A stretch of 60,784 bases of DNA, the filler included, from Circinaria calcarea (lineage: Eukaryota): assembly GCA_051942165.1 (NCBI GenBank). It is 14 parts of 14 records of this genome, joined end to end, with 100 filler letters (N's around TTAATTAATTAA, not from the genome) between each part and the next. Parts side by side here need not be neighbours in the genome. Positions count along the whole stretch, not along the records: positions 47,912 to 52,137 come from JAVECS010002398.1; positions 52,238 to 56,461 come from JAVECS010002399.1; positions 56,562 to 60,784 come from JAVECS010002400.1; 11 more parts are not named here. One strand, written 5' to 3'. Positions 49,675 to 60,784 of this stretch are shown here, one piece after another; position 1 is the first letter of the stretch, and every line of letters begins with the position of its first letter. Below the pieces are notes generated by a model that did not search any database, was not told where the DNA came from, and saw only the letters and a list, made by a program, of their open reading frames with translations. The translations under genes and the position numbers were made by a program.

Positions 49675-52137
49675 TTATTCACATTGTGCCCCATTTGCCC
49701 TTTGTTCAAATTGATCGACGATGCCCATCGTCCACATAGTATGTCTGTGGTCTGGACCTAGCAGGTTAATCTGGCCACGCAGTGCTTTTCGCTGTAACAC
49801 CATCGCTGGCTCGGTTTCCCCCATTTCCTCCAGGACGACACCCAAATTGTTCATTGCCCACAGAGTGTCCGCATGGCTGAGCCCAAGTACTTCCACCCGA
49901 CCGTCCAATGCTTTCTCGTACAACTCAGCAGAATCTTTCAATCTTCCTTGCTGCCGATAGCATGCGGCCATGTCCATCATAGTCCAGAGAGTATGAGGAT
50001 GGGTTTCACCTAGCACTTTCCTTCGGATAGCCAAAGCTTCATTGTGTAAGCCAACCGCTTCGCCAAGTCTGTCTTGCTTTCGATAAGTTCGAGCTAAAGT
50101 GTTGAGAGTCCATACAATCTGCAGATCATCAGGATGAAGGATCACGCGGAGCTTATGAAGAGCTTTGAGATGCATGCATTCTGCCTTTTCAAAATGACCG
50201 AGGTGCCGATACACACGCCCTAGCTCGTTGATAGTCCAGATTGTCTCCAGGTGGTCAGTTCCAAGGCTGGACTCTTGGATGGCAAGTGCTTTCTCTTGCG
50301 TAAGGGCTGACAACTCGACTCTTTGCTGTTGATCGTAAATAATGCCTAAACTGTTCATCAGCCAAACAGTTGAGATGTGGTCTGCGTCAAATCGACGCCG
50401 CTGCGAATCCAAAGCGTCAGTAAGCCATCTCTCACACTCTGTTAACTTTCCACTCATGGCACACTCTCGTGACAGGTCTCTTATTACCGTTAATTTCTCA
50501 AAGTAGGAGATCTTTGGTATTCTGCTACTCAGGAACTCAGGATGCGACTGGTGATCTTCGTAGACATTACTATCGCTCAGAAGTATCTCTTGTATATCCT
50601 GGATCCAATTAACCAGATGGTCCGGAATCTGACTGCTGGGGCCTTGTGCGATCCAATTTTTCAACAGGCTTTGCTGCTTTAAAAGGAACTGTAATGGAAA
50701 TATAGACCATTGCCAGAACAAAAATCTCAAAATCCACCCTCGGCGGCAAAGTTGCGGTGAGAGAAATTCAGTAATCTTTTGCTCAAGGGTCGAATCGTTG
50801 ACGGAGCTGCTCAGATGATGGCACCAGAATAGTGTTGCGTACTCAAGGAGAGGGTACGCCTCAGTAGAAGTGTGCACCGGATCCTGAGTATTGTGCCAGG
50901 ATTGGTATGCGAGGCATACCTGGACAATCTCATGGTGTCCCTGCTGTTCCTGGATGAAAAAATGGGAAGCTATTTGTTCCACTTGATAGTCGGCTTGACT
51001 GAGGAGGAATTCGCGAACCGACAAGTGCACAGGCCGAAACAGGTCGTCGGCGGGGAAATATTCAATCAGCGAACTGCAAAGCTCTAGAATTGTAGCTTTA
51101 AATGGCTTCTTCGACTCAACCATTCGTGCTTGAAATTGTTCAAAAGCTAGGATAGTTTCCAACTCGTTCCAATGCAGTGGCCGAGCTGCGCAACATATCC
51201 ATAGAAGGATCCGTCTCGTAATTAAGCGTCTTCTCGGTGGCTCCTTGGCAAGTTTGTTTAGAATGGAAGAGTAAATGACGTCGATTCCTATAGGAAGTTC
51301 ATGGAGAAGCTCAATTATTTCATGAGAGCAGGTAGCTGACTTTAGCGTTTTGATCATGAGACTAGCCCACAGAAACATACCGTTGGCGGTATGAGACAAC
51401 TTAGTGAATACCTGATCTCGTAATCCAGAATCCTCTAATGGCAAATCCGCTAACTGCTTAGATATATAATTGTCGATATCTATGCTCATAACAGCTGACG
51501 TTAGGGCAATTCTAGATAAGCCGCTTAATCGATTACTCAAGTTTGGATTATCTCGACTGAGAAGGATAAGTTGAGCATTTGCAGTATCATTAACGAGTTC
51601 TTTGAACAACTCTGACATATTGAGAGAGTCTTCTAGCTCGTCGAGACCATCAACAACAATGAAAGCCTTCTCCAGTGGACGAATTAGGTCTTTCAAAATA
51701 GCCATTGGCTGATCGGCTGATGATACTTTCGATCTTCCGTATCTTCCTGCAACACTGAACGCAGCGGAGATGCGGTCAGGAATATCGTCCAATTGGGAAA
51801 GAATCTGTGCAATGACGCTGGCAAGAGTTGTGGTTACTGATAGATTGTTCTCCTCTGCTTTCTCACAATAAAGGAATGCGGAAACACATCGCGGGTCATC
51901 AGTTACATATTCTCTGATCTTATGATTGATAGTAGTGCTTAGAACAGTCTTCCCACACCCAGGAGGTCCAGTGATCCAAATAGCACGAGGCTGGAAAGAT
52001 TGCAACCACGATTGGAAGGCTCTATTGCATAGTAGCCACTGGCCGCACGGCTGAGACCGTCGTTGTGACTCTCGGATGAAAGTTGCCTCCATTTCAGCAG
52101 GTGAAAGCCAACGCATAATTTCGCGTCGCTCATTTTT
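49675..52137 (-). CDS. Fungal NLR-like protein: NACHT + winged helix + TPR repeats, 5'-truncated
   Basis: Walker A GPPGCGKT, Walker B FIVVDGLDE, ANGMFLWA, ARPLHWNEL, HLSVREFL, about six 42-aa TPR-like repeats. Frame open to the contig edge. Confidence 0.92.
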   Translation of the reverse strand, partial: KNERREIMRWLSPAEMEATFIRESQRRSQPCGQWLLCNRAFQSWLQSFQPRAIWITGPPGCGKTVLSTTINHKIREYVTDDPRCVSAFLYCEKAEENNLSVTTTLASVIAQILSQLDDIPDRISAAFSVAGRYGRSKVSSADQPMAILKDLIRPLEKAFIVVDGLDELEDSLNMSELFKELVNDTANAQLILLSRDNPNLSNRLSGLSRIALTSAVMSIDIDNYISKQLADLPLEDSGLRDQVFTKLSHTANGMFLWASLMIKTLKSATCSHEIIELLHELPIGIDVIYSSILNKLAKEPPRRRLITRRILLWICCAARPLHWNELETILAFEQFQARMVESKKPFKATILELCSSLIEYFPADDLFRPVHLSVREFLLSQADYQVEQIASHFFIQEQQGHHEIVQVCLAYQSWHNTQDPVHTSTEAYPLLEYATLFWCHHLSSSVNDSTLEQKITEFLSPQLCRRGWILRFLFWQWSIFPLQFLLKQQSLLKNWIAQGPSSQIPDHLVNWIQDIQEILLSDSNVYEDHQSHPEFLSSRIPKISYFEKLTVIRDLSRECAMSGKLTECERWLTDALDSQRRRFDADHISTVWLMNSLGIIYDQQQRVELSALTQEKALAIQESSLGTDHLETIWTINELGRVYRHLGHFEKAECMHLKALHKLRVILHPDDLQIVWTLNTLARTYRKQDRLGEAVGLHNEALAIRRKVLGETHPHTLWTMMDMAACYRQQGRLKDSAELYEKALDGRVEVLGLSHADTLWAMNNLGVVLEEMGETEPAMVLQRKALRGQINLLGPDHRHTMWTMGIVDQFEQRANGAQCE

Positions 52138-53514
52138 NNNNNNNNNNNNNNNNNNNNNNNNNNNNNNNNNNNNNNNNNNNNTTAATTAATTAANNNNNNN
52201 NNNNNNNNNNNNNNNNNNNNNNNNNNNNNNNNNNNNNACACCGGCACCACCCCGTACCACTTGCTGGCAGAGAGTACTGTTTGGGCCTGGTAAATGAGGG
52301 GGACGGAAAGAGTTAAGTGCTCGAGGGATAGGGAGAGCTGCGGCCATGTGGAGGCTACCCCTTGATAGCGGGATCGAGTCGGTCAATCAGATCACTTACT
52401 GGTGTATATGCTGCCACAACGACCTGAGAGGAGTAAGATTAATGTTGTGGGAGACATGGGATCAATCCTGCTCAAACCGGTCCGGCATATCGAAATTGGC
52501 TGATAGGAGTTGTCTTTGTTCTCCTATTCTGCATACCGAATTCGACGACAGAGCGAGAAAGAAGCATTTACGGTCAAATACAACGTACAACAGGAGTGAA
52601 AGATAGTAACTGTGATGGCCTGTGACAGAAGGAAACGATACGCCGCATCCGGCAATGCCTCAACATGGTTTTCTTTGTTACCCGCATCATTGGGATTCTC
52701 GGAACTCGAACAAATACGGGCACGCAATTAGACCCGGAGCAACGAGAACGTACTTGTAGGAGAGTGCGGTCAATGACGAATACATAGCGAATTTGTTGGC
52801 CTGATAGCAGAAGATTTGAACGGAAAGAGGAGGTGACCTTGCTCGCTCGAGAGCTGGGTTTGTCCATGCTGACCTCAATCGAACCAACTAGATCACTCGA
52901 GATAGGTCTTTGAACTTAACCATACGTAGATAGATGGTAGTAAATGGCTGTTAATCGAAAACTACAACAGTCAACTACCTACTTCTGTACCTGTTGTTGC
53001 GGTCCGGAGGTTTGGTGTGGTAGAATAGTTCTAGGCCTACCATATTCTGAAAAGGCTAGAGCTAGAACTAGCCTAAATTCGGCTCAAATATCGGCCTTCA
53101 CATGACCTAACGCGCCCTATTCACGTGATTCGTCCTTCACAACCTCTACTCCCTACTCCACTTCTCGACTGAGGTAGTAGGCCTCGAAGTCTTGCAATCA
53201 GGTATTTCATGGCAACATCTAGGAATTACTTTGGGAGATAGCTCGTACGAGCTGCGATTTTGTATTTTGTCAAGCCATTAATGGATACGGCTACAAAACG
53301 AGAAAATCATGGGATGGGAGCCTTTGTGGAGGAGTCCATTATGTGTGTTAGAAAACGATGTTGAAAGGTCACAACAGTAGGATCATCGTGCGAGTCGCTA
53401 TGGAATCTGCCTTGTCTAATGTGCGGTGGATCCAACTGGACAGAACGGTTGTTCACTCAGATCATTTGAATGGTTTGATTCAATGCAAATGTCGGATATA
53501 TCTTATCCACTCAT

Positions 53515-54543
53515 CTACCTCCTTCTCTTACACTCCCTCGCCTTCTTTGGTCTGATCGGCCGCTTCCTGGATGGCGGCTGCGTAGTAACGATAGCACCCG
53601 CGGTGCTATCATTTTCATTCCCGCCCACTTCGTCCGCATCCCCCATCTCTACGTCCTCGTCTTCACGGCGCCTCTTATTCCCCCTATGCGCCACCACTCT
53701 CCTCTCCTCCTTCAACACCTGTAGAGCATCCAGCAACCTTTCCCTCCATATCACCTCCCGTTCTGCGGTCATACCCAGCCGCCCCGTGATCATCTTTACA
53801 TCCACCTCCTTCAACCCGCGGACCTTCAACAACGACGGAAGACCCTTCAGCTTCCTGAAGTTATTCCGTGCATTTGCTTGACCGTTGAAGGTATTGTGCC
53901 CGATCTCCAGAACCAGCTCCTCAAGCCCCTCGCAGAATTGCAAGCACTGCCATGATTCGGCATTATCGACCATAGCCGTCATCACCACAACAATGCGGCG
54001 CAAATTTGGCCGCGATCGCTTGCCGATGGCGCCCATGAACTCGCCCATGGCAAGGGGATCCCGGAGCCGGATCTGGTTCTTGCCGTAATAGATGGCGGCA
54101 GCTTCCTTGTATGTCTGCTTGTCGAGGAGAAACAGAGCAGTTGGTTGCCAGGGAAGGCGATACGGGCATGTCATGAAGTTGTGGGTGTAGTTGCGGGGGT
54201 GATCGAGGTTGAGAGGCTCAGTGGGTGCGAGGAGGAGGCTGAAAATCTGAACGCGGATCTCTGCCGGCAGGATCTTGAACGGGCTTATCGGCTCTCGGTG
54301 AGATACGAGGGCCCCTTTTTGGTGGTTAGGCTAGATGACCAGCAGTGGAAGTATTCCAAACTCACTAAGTGTCGGCATACCCAAGCATGGACGGCTAAAC
54401 TCTGCTGGATATCGTAGGACTTGGGCTTCTTCGGGTTGTGTTGAAGCCTGTGTATCTTCCGGAGGTGTTGAGCCTTCGATCTCTTCCGTATCGATCGGAT
54501 CTCCTAAGGCGTACTTTAGCTTAAGACCATGGTTGGTGGACAG
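53515..54543 (-). CDS. Conserved fungal hypothetical protein (LPxEIR...IY/F motif, DUF7730-like); start uncertain
   Basis: PFKILPAEIRVQIFSLLL...LLDKQTYKEAAAIYYGKN...LLKVRGLKEV. Intron near 54315-54365; basic C-terminal tail. Confidence 0.6.
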
Positions 54544-55911
54544 CTAAATTAATATGGAAAAATGAGTTGTATAGGAGAGCGTGAAGTACACAAAAATATC
54601 TAGGAATAGATACTTGTTAAGTTGGCGAAGCATGAATGATCTTGAACTTATACAAGCAGAGAGAAATAGGCACGACAACACTCGATAGTTCGCCTGACGT
54701 ACCTTCATCATACTCTCGAAGACGTTGCTCCCGCTTCCTCGACGCCACATACTCATCCCATGCATCATCCATCGCTCTTCTCTGACAGTGCCTACTAGGT
54801 AGAGTAAGTAGGTTATCTTGAAAGAGCTGTTAGTAAGAGTTCTCTCAAACTGATTCTGTCTGGGCACGAATAAGGTAGAGTATAAAGATGAAAATAGGAA
54901 GAAGGAGTGGAAGCGCTGTGGGCGAAGCTTAAGTAGTAAGAAATTATTAGCGAGATTGGTGTTGGGAATTGTTATGAGAAGGAGCAGGCGGGCCTGCGGG
55001 GCTATATAGCCCCAGAATAGATGGTCATAGAATGAATCAGTTCTATTCCATCATACTCTGCCGTGACAGGAATACTGGAGCTGTTGAGCTTAGGTGAATG
55101 TCTCAGTGAATAAGTCCACCACGTCTGATTAGAGGAACATCCAAACGAAGGTCCCCACCTTCGCAGAATTGCCCTAACCCAACTCGCCCTGGTACTTGTT
55201 ATACGACAAATGAAACTGCCTAATTGCAAGATATCAGATATAAGATTCATGGCTATAATAGTTTATATAGGGTGTTCTGAGAGATCCTCATGTTGGATTG
55301 GAATACTCATGTGAAGGGCCTTGATAAGTACTGTTTTAATATCTAGTAATAGGCTCCGCCGCCAGATATGTCACGCATTTGCATCTCCATTCTATGTGCA
55401 ACAGAGTTGATTGCTATCTAGTGCCACAAGGTAGGCTTTACGGCATAACCTGCAATAGAAACAATCTTGTGTGGCGCAATTCCTTATTTCCATGTGTCTT
55501 CTTTACTAGCTTGCAAACATGATAGCTGGTGATAATTACTCATACATAGATATTCGTGGGAGAGTATGAGCAAAAAACCTGAAAGGAAATGGAGAGGAAA
55601 TTAATAATAACGAACCAATCTGAAAAGTTGGTTGTAGCAATACCATCAATAACAATTCTTCATCGCAGATACCACTTTGTGAATTCATCAAGAATCAGGC
55701 CGTACAATGTCCACCCATAGTTATAGGACTCTGAGTCATCATGAGTAAAAAATGCGTGCGATCTGCAGTGCACTCTGAGGATAGGATAATATATCTTTCC
55801 CGATGGTGAAAATGTCTATGAGCTATCAGGCGATAAGATTTAAAGCAAGCCGTATGTTGGACAAGAGATTAACGCTCAAGCTTCATCATACTGCGGAGGA
55901 GCTATACCTTT

Positions 55912-56461
55912 CTATACCGCTTCGTAATCGTTCAACTCGTCGAGACATGGCCAGTGTTCAGGGTTCTCATCGAGTGTATTGCCGATTCGGACGCCGGCAA
56001 CATAGCCAGTGTTAATAGTACCTCTGCACCCAAAGCAGAACATCACATCCGTTCTCCTCGCTAGGTTCAGGGAAGTGCGAGATCTGCCGCATCGACACCT
56101 TGGTAGATTATGTCGGCGGTGAGTAGAGTTTGTTATACATAGACCGGGAGGATTGCGCAGTCCCGCGGCAATAGTGCGACGGGCGTAGCGAAGGGCCATT
56201 CGATACTCATCAGCGAGTTGTACGGTTTGATTATAAGCATCATGGAGACAGGCATGGCATTTCCAGCCAAGAACACGTCGAGAACATATACATGTATCTC
56301 TGCCATCGGGGTAATTATGTAATTCTCGCCTTCGACACATATTGCAGGTAGGGGTATGAATCTGATTGATCAAAGCGCTCAGATCGTTCACCGGGTTTGG
56401 GCCACCTCCTGCGATTAGAGATGTATTAGTCGCCGAAGTATCAGCGTGGCAGACCCTTTGA
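55912..56461 (-). CDS. Hypothetical Cys-rich protein, C-terminal part
   Basis: ORF with CNMC, CIC, CHAC, CRCG and CFGC motifs near the contig edge. Confidence 0.5.
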
Positions 56462-56561
56462 NNNNNNNNNNNNNNNNNNNNNNNNNNNNNNNNNNNNNNN
56501 NNNNNTTAATTAATTAANNNNNNNNNNNNNNNNNNNNNNNNNNNNNNNNNNNNNNNNNNNN

Positions 56562-57188
56562 AGTACAGTCTGGTGATACTCGTGGATCTGCTGGTTATCC
56601 AAAGAGCTTTGATCTGGTACTCCACCCGGATCGTCACGATATGGAAATAATGCAGCCCGATTGGCTTCATCCTCTGCATCTCGAGCAGACAACCCAGGGT
56701 CATCTTGGAAACGAACGGATTTGGAAGGATTGGGAGACATTGCGTTAGATCGCTTCAGGGAGGATGGAGAAGCTAGGTCGCGAGGTCGAGGATCTTTGGC
56801 ATGTGCGAAATCGGCTTTGAGGGCGGGATCATTAGGCTGAGATATTATCGCAGTTGAGTTGGTTGGAAAACCCCGAAACTGAGAAGTGAGGTCATCGTAT
56901 TGTGACCGTAGTCGGATTGCTTGATCCTGCATATTACTCGATGCCCTACGCCAACCCATCAGCAGGAGCAGTGCCGGGCTCAATACCAACGTACGAGTCC
57001 CCTCTATCTTCTAGCCTGGCTGCCTCTTGTTCAATTGCTTCAATGCCCTCTCGCATCGAGTCCAATGACCTTGAGATGTTCCCATCTTGCGAATTCGGTT
57101 CCAGATTCAGGGAGATGGCTCGTTGTCGCTCGAGGAGGGATAGCTTGATGTGGTCCGCCAAAAGGTATAGCTGTGATGGATTTGCCAT
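56562..57188 (-). CDS. SYN8: Syntaxin-8-like Qc-SNARE, 3'-truncated
   Basis: MANPSQLYLLADHIKLSLLERQRAISLNL..., KSVRFQD, LFPYRDDP, LDNQQIHEYHQTV leading into the SNARE motif. One intron near 56946-56994. Confidence 0.85.
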
Positions 57189-57565
57189 AACGAAGCTGCC
57201 AACATTGACAGGTCAAGACCACCGTTGCTGATCCACCATGAGGACTCGATGAACGTCAGCGTTGGACAGAGCCAGTTTGAAGTGTCGCCGAGTATACAAG
57301 CAACTCTAAGTTTGCGGAAGATGCGGAAACAGTCTGAATGCAGTGTTGCGTAAGAGGGATGCCGTGTTCAACACGGTTGTCTTATGTCGCACCTCTGACC
57401 GGACAATCGACGCTACATAAGGCGCCCATATTTAGCCTCATCGGAGCCATATTACTCCGACTAGGCTGAAACCACAGAGTAACTCCAGTTCTAAGCTTTT
57501 TCCTTCCCGCCGTCTGCTTCGTCCCCTGCACGTTTCAAGACGACTTCAGGCCAAGCCGCCCAAGC

Positions 57566-59014
57566 ATGTCGGACTCTGGTCCTCAATCGTGGATGAATGG
57601 GTCAGACGAAGGTGATGGTGTCGTTGATCAGCTTCTGTTCGCAAACCGTGTCACCTCGAGCTCTCGGAGCCCTCAAGGTCGACGGCTGCCACCGCATTCT
57701 TTCAGGCGTCGACTCCCATTTACCATGCGACCGGCACCACCACCAGAGTTACAACCTGAAGCTCTCTCAATCCCTAGTGCTCTGAACCGTGTTGATTTCC
57801 AAGATCTCGAATATGTTGAGGGATACGATGAGAACCTCATGTGTGCCATCTGCCACTGCCCGTTCGTTAGCCCAGTCAGACTGGACTGCGATCACGTCTT
57901 CTGCCAAAGTTGTGTCCATCGTGCCATGGAACATTCAGAGAGCTGCCCTACTTGCAGGAAGAGAAGCACGGAACAACCCGAGGGTGTGCCAGTCCCAAAA
58001 CTCATCCAAAGTATGTTGGATGGATTGTTGGTGAAATGTCCTTTACGTGAAGAAGGCTGCACCGAGACCATGACCAGGGGGTCTGTACAGGACCATATTG
58101 ATCAATATTGTGACTACACGAAGGTTAAATGCCCTTGGGAGCGGTGCACACTAAAAGCGAGGAGGAAGGATGCTAAGAAACTTTGGTGCCAGCATTCAAT
58201 GCTGTCATGTCGAGATTGCCGCCAAGATATCATGGAACGAGATCTTGACTACCACCGCGAAAAGCTATGTGAGCAACGCAAAGCTTCTTGTCCACACTGC
58301 AAGCAAGAGATGCTTCGTCAAGGCATTGACGAGCACATCAATCACTGCCCCGACGCTACATTTCCATGTGATGCAGCTCCATATGGTTGTGACTTCATTG
58401 CAAAGCGAGAGTTGCTCAACCAGCACCTTGCTACATGTCCTCTCCATAAGCTTTCACCCTTTCTGATCAAACAAAAAGCATCTCTCGAAGCCCACGATCT
58501 TGCACTGCAGCATCTTACGCGCAAGAACACTCTCATGCAGCAGTCGCTCGCAAATATCCAAGAGGTCCTTTCCACCGACCTCGTCAATATGTCATCACCG
58601 TCAGGTCGTCCGGTGGAATCCGCCCCCTTTGATTCCACCGCCGCACATCTTCTGTCACTTCACGAATCCCTTCGTACAGAGGTCGAGCGAGTGTCTTCGG
58701 CCGTCTCCGAGCTTGACGCAAGGGCTAACGTGATGATGATGAATGAGAGCCTCCGTAATAAGAAGGACGTTGCCCACACTAACGCTGCTCTGAGTAATGT
58801 GCGAATGCAACTGCACTGGTTGATGAGTGCAAAGTTGCAAAGCCAGCAAAGAGCGGGAATTATCCATTCACATGGTAGCTCCAGTGAGGCTGCATCTTCC
58901 GAACCAAGCGACAGGACTGGTGGTGGTACAGCGGCTGCGAGAGGAGCGACGAATCTACCTGGACAGCCAGTGAGGATGCCTAGTGACTCGACTAGGCAAG
59001 ACACCAAGTTATGA
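57566..59014 (+). CDS. RING finger + TRAF-type zinc-finger protein (putative E3 ubiquitin ligase), 482 aa
   Basis: CAICHCPFVSPVRLDCDHVFCQSC...CPTC (C3HC4 RING), several TRAF-like fingers, C-terminal coiled coil. Single exon. Confidence 0.85.
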   Translation: MSDSGPQSWMNGSDEGDGVVDQLLFANRVTSSSRSPQGRRLPPHSFRRRLPFTMRPAPPPELQPEALSIPSALNRVDFQDLEYVEGYDENLMCAICHCPFVSPVRLDCDHVFCQSCVHRAMEHSESCPTCRKRSTEQPEGVPVPKLIQSMLDGLLVKCPLREEGCTETMTRGSVQDHIDQYCDYTKVKCPWERCTLKARRKDAKKLWCQHSMLSCRDCRQDIMERDLDYHREKLCEQRKASCPHCKQEMLRQGIDEHINHCPDATFPCDAAPYGCDFIAKRELLNQHLATCPLHKLSPFLIKQKASLEAHDLALQHLTRKNTLMQQSLANIQEVLSTDLVNMSSPSGRPVESAPFDSTAAHLLSLHESLRTEVERVSSAVSELDARANVMMMNESLRNKKDVAHTNAALSNVRMQLHWLMSAKLQSQQRAGIIHSHGSSSEAASSEPSDRTGGGTAAARGATNLPGQPVRMPSDSTRQDTKL

Positions 59015-59820
59015 TTACACATCTTTGCTAATGGGCTTGGGTAAGTTACAGGTCGGGACATGGATCTCTAAGGAGGCTTGTCGGGCATCTAGTGCTATTA
59101 CAATGCATTGGGATGGAGAGTCATATAACTGTTCATGTACCCACGACCTCCTCAAACGAGGGGATTAGATCAAGTCTAGCATGGCGGAACTTTGATCATG
59201 GTTTTGGTACCACGACCGGGTGAGGGCTGCTTGTGAATAGACATGGATTCGTTGAGCGCGCAAAGAATCCTAGTGTACTGGAAACTGGTGGCTTCATGGT
59301 TCGTCTCGTGTCTCCTTTAGCTCCATATCATGAGAGATCAACAAACATGCTCCTAATAAAGTCTCCCGTTCATTATGATTCGCGCAGCATCATTCAATAT
59401 TGTGAATGTCATTTGATGTTGCAATTAGAAGTGCGAAACAATAGGAATGTGGTCGGCAAGGCTGGCGGACAATAGAAGTTCAATTGAATCAATTGCGAAC
59501 GTCGCGAGATTTCCCATTGACGTTTCCGGCATCAATAGAAACATTCACTCATCACCACAATGCCGCCTATCATCAACCCCAATGCCATTGTTGCTCTGCT
59601 GGTGTATTCGCTGTTTCCGGCCAGCCATCTGGCTGATTTCCATCTTTCATTCCTTCAATCCATCTTGACTTACACACATACCCACCAGCATTTCTTGTGT
59701 TCGTGCACCACAACTCTTCTTCTTAAATCCGTTCATTGTCCGTGTGAGTCGAATTCGATTAGCTGTCGGAGTTTCTGTAACCCCTTCGAGGCTTGAGGTT
59801 TCTCGTTCTTTCCATCCATC

Positions 59821-60784
59821 ATGTTCGCGACTTTTTCAGCTTTGCGCAAGCGTTTGACCGGCTATGTCTTTTCTCGTCGTGGTACTGCGTTGTCAGCTGG
59901 CCCAATGCCAAAGAAGGAAAATGCAGGAACCAAGAAGCCAAGCAACTCAAAGGTGAAGAATGGTAGAGTCGGTAAGACGTCTTCGAATGATAAGACCAAG
60001 CAGTCCGCCATCAAGGAGAAGCTCAAGCATGACTACAAGATGTCTGGTGCCTTGGACGATATAGATGAGGATGAAGTCAAGGTGGTGTTCAACGACGACG
60101 ATGATACACTCGTCACGGACGCGCCAGATCCCGATGACCTTATGAAGGACCCTACTCTGGTCCCGGACGATGAACTGTCATCCGAATCCGACGACCTGGT
60201 CGGGACTCGATCCCCTAGGCTTTCCAGTGTCGAACGAGGCGCCCATTTCCTCAACATCGAAACCGAGCGCACCCAACGCCAGAAAGCACTCGAATCAATT
60301 GCCCATGGTGACTGGACTGCTTCGGAAATCGAACTGTTCAACAAGCTCAACCTCCGAGGCTTCGAACCCTTGTTTCCTGCCAGCTGGCAAGCCGAATTCA
60401 CCACATGCCCCGACACGCTTTTCACCGAGTACGCTACCGAATGGTTTATCAGTTCCAATTACCAGACTAAATTTCGAGGTAAATCAGTCCTATCTTACCC
60501 CTTCCTACCCAATACATCTTCTAGGACGGATGAAAGCTAAGACTTCGAATAGCAACCAAAGCCTTGGGTAACCTTACCACTCTCGGTGTTCGCGTCCGTG
60601 ACCGTCTTCTTGGACATCACACCACTGAACCCACTCTCTACAAAGGGATCAACGATTATATCAAATGGTCCCTCCAGGATGGCGATCTCACTCGTTACAA
60701 CTTCATTCCGGCTCTGGTGGTCAATGCAATGAAACCAGGCGAAACCGTTGACCAAGTCGTAGCCCGCACCACAGCTGAGCTTCA
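59821..60784 (+). CDS. Conserved fungal hypothetical protein, 3'-truncated
   Basis: LFNKLNLRGFEPLFPASW...PDTLF, intron 60479-60552, then ATKALGNLTTLGVRVRD...YIKWSLQDG, open to the window end. Confidence 0.7.

Noticed and set aside
52238..52867. Possible 5' exons of a minus-strand gene (MDKPSSRASKV...)
   Set aside because: Splice-like signals exist, but no consistent gene model or recognisable homology.

Overview
Eukaryotic DNA from a filamentous ascomycete (Pezizomycotina). A lichen-forming Lecanoromycete is plausible but only inferred. The window is not a continuous locus. It holds 14 unrelated ~4.2-4.3 kb contigs, sorted by decreasing length (4274 to 4223 bp) and joined by artificial 100-nt spacers (44 N + TTAATTAATTAA + 44 N), so gene neighbourhoods are meaningful only within a contig. 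Genes carry spliceosomal GT-AG introns. They include an ABCB transporter (frameshifted), RPL4, the beta-tubulin 3' end, an 18-intron ARG1, shugoshin, Nse2/Mms21, a mitochondrial carrier, a Pro1-like TF, MoCo sulfurase hxB, a Pth11-like protein, an O-methyltransferase, a NACHT-TPR NLR beside a SesB-like hydrolase, SYN8 and a RING/TRAF zinc-finger protein. There are also several pseudogenes and MITE-like elements. The best candidate for an undescribed system is contig 5: a TOXE-like bZIP-ankyrin transcription factor directly upstream of a P450-like gene start, with two perfect and two near-perfect tox-box motifs (ATCTCNCGNA) in the DNA between them.
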